NCBI GenBank assembly: GCA_964535655.1
Contig: CAZHTP010000001.1
Span: 250,862-314,861 of the forward strand
Source: an uncultured Gammaproteobacteria bacterium
GTDB taxonomy: Bacteria; Patescibacteriota; Microgenomatia; JALYQM01
Reading direction: 5' to 3'
Length of the DNA: 64,000 nt
Shown here one piece after another: positions 61,791 through 64,000 of the stretch. Below the pieces are notes generated by a model. It was given only the letters and a program-made list of their open reading frames with translations, did not search any database and was not told the DNA's origin. A program made the translations under genes and the position numbers. The stretch's first letter is position 1. Every line of letters starts with the position of its first letter.

Positions 61791-63080
61791 TTATAAATCA
61801 CTCGGCAACGGAAATTTTTTGCAAAACTCCGTTACTTCCTTTCCTAGTTTTTCTAAATATGCTTCATCAGTTGTGTGTGTTATGGCTTTATGCATCCATT
61901 CGGCAATCATATCCATATGGTCCTCTTTCATGCCTCTTGAAGTAAGCGCGGGGGTTCCTAGTCTGATTCCACTTGGATCAAAAGGCTTTCGAGAATCATT
62001 GGGAACCATATTTTTGTTTAAGGTAAGGTGAATTTTGTCGAATGTTTCTTCGGCAACTTTACCACTGACATTAAACGAAGCCATTACATCAGCAAGTATC
62101 AAATGGTTGTCTGTTCCATTGGTAATTAATTTAAAACCCTTAGCAATCATTTGTTTTGCTAGTTCTTGAGCATTATTCAGGATTTGTTGCGCATATTCAT
62201 GGAATTCAGGTTGGAGTGCTTCGCCAAAAGCAACTGCTTTTGCGGCTACCGCATTCATATGTGGCCCTCCCTGAACGCCCGGGAATACCATCCGATCAAC
62301 GAGTGTAGGAAGATTTTCGATTTTTTTATCCACTGGTTTTAGTGGGTTGGAAACAATTCCCTTTGTAAGAATCAGACCACCTCTTGGTCCCCGTAATGTT
62401 TTATGGGTTGTTGAAGTCATCATATGGAAGCCAAAGTCAAATGGATTCTTGACAACTTTTCCTGCAATTAACCCAGCTATATGGGCTATGTCCATCATTG
62501 CTACCGCTCCTACTTCGTCCGCGATGGACGCAATTTTGTCGTATTCAAGTTCGCGCGGATATGCTGAATAGCCAGCTAAAATTATTTTAGGTTTGCTCTC
62601 TAAAGCCACTTCGCGCATTTGATCGTAATCAATAGCGCCGGTCTCGAGATCTTTAATTCCATAGCGAATAAATTTGAATACTTTAGATGCTGCAGTTCTT
62701 GGGTCTCCATGCGTTAAATGCCCACCGTGAGATAATTCCATTCCAAGAATTGTATCTCCTGGTTCCATCCATGCAAAATATGCTGCTAAATTAGCAGGAG
62801 CTCCAGAATATGGTTGTACATTAGCGTGATCTGCATTAAAAAGCTTTTTTGCTCGCTCTATGGCTATGATTTCGATTTTGTCAGTATTGATTTGACCGCC
62901 ATAATATCTTTTCCCTGGATACCCTTCGGAGTATTTATTAGTAAATATCGTTCCGAGTGCCTCAAGGACTGGTCGTGAGACGTAGTTTTCTGAAGGAATT
63001 AATTCTAATCCTTCTCGTTGTCTTTTTTCTTCAGCGCTATTTAGTTCAAAAATTTCTGGATCTGTTTGTTGTAATCTCAT
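61791..63080 (-). CDS. glyA: Serine hydroxymethyltransferase
   Basis: LIPSENY, NKYSEGYPGKRYYGG, TTHKTLRGPRGG, QGGP, SGIRLGT. Confidence 0.97.
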   Translation of the reverse strand: MRLQQTDPEIFELNSAEEKRQREGLELIPSENYVSRPVLEALGTIFTNKYSEGYPGKRYYGGQINTDKIEIIAIERAKKLFNADHANVQPYSGAPANLAAYFAWMEPGDTILGMELSHGGHLTHGDPRTAASKVFKFIRYGIKDLETGAIDYDQMREVALESKPKIILAGYSAYPRELEYDKIASIADEVGAVAMMDIAHIAGLIAGKVVKNPFDFGFHMMTSTTHKTLRGPRGGLILTKGIVSNPLKPVDKKIENLPTLVDRMVFPGVQGGPHMNAVAAKAVAFGEALQPEFHEYAQQILNNAQELAKQMIAKGFKLITNGTDNHLILADVMASFNVSGKVAEETFDKIHLTLNKNMVPNDSRKPFDPSGIRLGTPALTSRGMKEDHMDMIAEWMHKAITHTTDEAYLEKLGKEVTEFCKKFPLPSDL

Positions 63081-63202
63081 GAATTTTCCTTTCACTTTTT
63101 GTAAGTATATTAAAAAATATGGTGAAAGGTGCTTGTTAGATCATAAATCTATGGTATCGCATATGGCTGAATTCGCAAGATGGAAAACTAAGAATTACTT
63201 TC

Positions 63203-63925
63203 TTATTGAGTTGATCTAACTGGCGAACTAGTTGGATAAGCCGAGACACTCGCAGAAGCTGATGAACTTGCTTTAGGTGTGTGAGATACGAGTAGTGGTT
63301 GGGAAAAATCTTTAACCAGAACCACTTCAGTTACCGCATTTTTTGAACTATCCCACAGTCCATGCACTCTAACTCTATCCCCTATTTTCAAATCTGAAGC
63401 CGAAATAGGTGTCTGTTTGCGATTAACTAATTTTGTCGTAGCGGTTATACTAACGGTTTGATCTCCTCGATTTTTTGTAGTTAATACGAAAGTACCTGTT
63501 CCAAGGCCTTTTAATGTTCCAAAGAAAACACCGTTTCTTTTTTGAATGGATAAATTACGAATTTGTCTTGCACTAATCGTAGTCTTGTTGGCATCTGTAA
63601 ATACGCCCCAAACACTTACGGTATTGCCGACTGAGTATTCAATTAAATCTGATTTGCCGCCAAATCTGCGACGAATATGAGTATCTGTCGCAATTTTGAC
63701 TGCATATGTTTTTCCATCTTTGGAAATTGTAAGTGAAGATGCGCTTACCGTCTCTACTTTTGCTTGTATTACGATCGCACGCAAGTTATTTTGTGTACGT
63801 GGTGAAGCACTCGAGCTTGCACTTGAGGGAGCTTCACGATTTTCAGCAGAAACTGAATTTGTTGTCATTGCAACAAATGTGATTGCGCTTAGAAATAAAG
63901 CTGTAAATTGTATTGTTCTTTTCAT
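63203..63925 (-). CDS. Secreted protein with tandem OB-fold-like (DUF5666-like) domains
   Basis: Signal peptide, two beta-rich repeats (YSVGNTVSVWG / LKIGDRVRVHG) and Ser-rich linkers. Start ATG 63925 with AAGGAG SD. Confidence 0.65.
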   Translation of the reverse strand: MKRTIQFTALFLSAITFVAMTTNSVSAENREAPSSASSSASPRTQNNLRAIVIQAKVETVSASSLTISKDGKTYAVKIATDTHIRRRFGGKSDLIEYSVGNTVSVWGVFTDANKTTISARQIRNLSIQKRNGVFFGTLKGLGTGTFVLTTKNRGDQTVSITATTKLVNRKQTPISASDLKIGDRVRVHGLWDSSKNAVTEVVLVKDFSQPLLVSHTPKASSSASASVSAYPTSSPVRSTQ

Positions 63926-63935
63926 AAAAATCTCC

Positions 63936-64000
63936 TTATTGGGCATCGTAGGTAACGGTTAATTCCTCTTCAGATGCATTTCCGTTTGTATCGTTTGCTG
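63936..64000 (-). CDS. 3' end of an upstream CDS (possible Ig-like C-terminus)
   Basis: ...ANDTNGNASEEELTVTYDAQ*. Confidence 0.45.
   Translation of the reverse strand, partial: ANDTNGNASEEELTVTYDAQ

Noticed and set aside
63096-63202. Folate or ZTP riboswitch upstream of glyA
   Set aside because: Short AT-rich gap with no recognisable aptamer.

Overview
A 64 kb chromosomal segment that looks like a Patescibacteria (CPR) genome, probably Microgenomates-like. The lineage is inferred from gene content and protein style, not from a search. Contents in order: a type IV pilus locus (pilM, six minor or pseudo-pilins, pilD, a major pilin, pilC/T/B); holB-gyrB-gyrA; an extra pilin; a single Xer recombinase with a dif-like site upstream; pgi; an HTH/receiver/DUF192/Gld-like ABC block; rpmE-prfA, htrA, rplI, ctpA, rpsF-ssb-rpsR and ychF; a DEAD-box helicase; a second glycan cluster (carbamoyltransferase, heptose kinase and nucleotidyltransferase, glycosyltransferases); folD, tgt and glyA. 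Four highlights. (1) A ~7.5 kb element is integrated at the start of ychF, bounded by a 14-bp direct repeat (37553-37566 and 45081-45094) that rebuilds into a palindromic serine-integrase attP. The att site lies inside the 3' end of a decayed integrase, and the cargo is a murA-led sugar-nucleotide operon. (2) A 1005-aa VIT-domain membrane protein begins with what looks like a NusA N-terminal domain. (3) An unannotated ~240-nt rod-shaped RNA, possibly 6S. (4) A small hydrophobic ORF whose ribosome-binding site is sequestered in a hairpin. No rRNA, tRNA or CRISPR array was seen.
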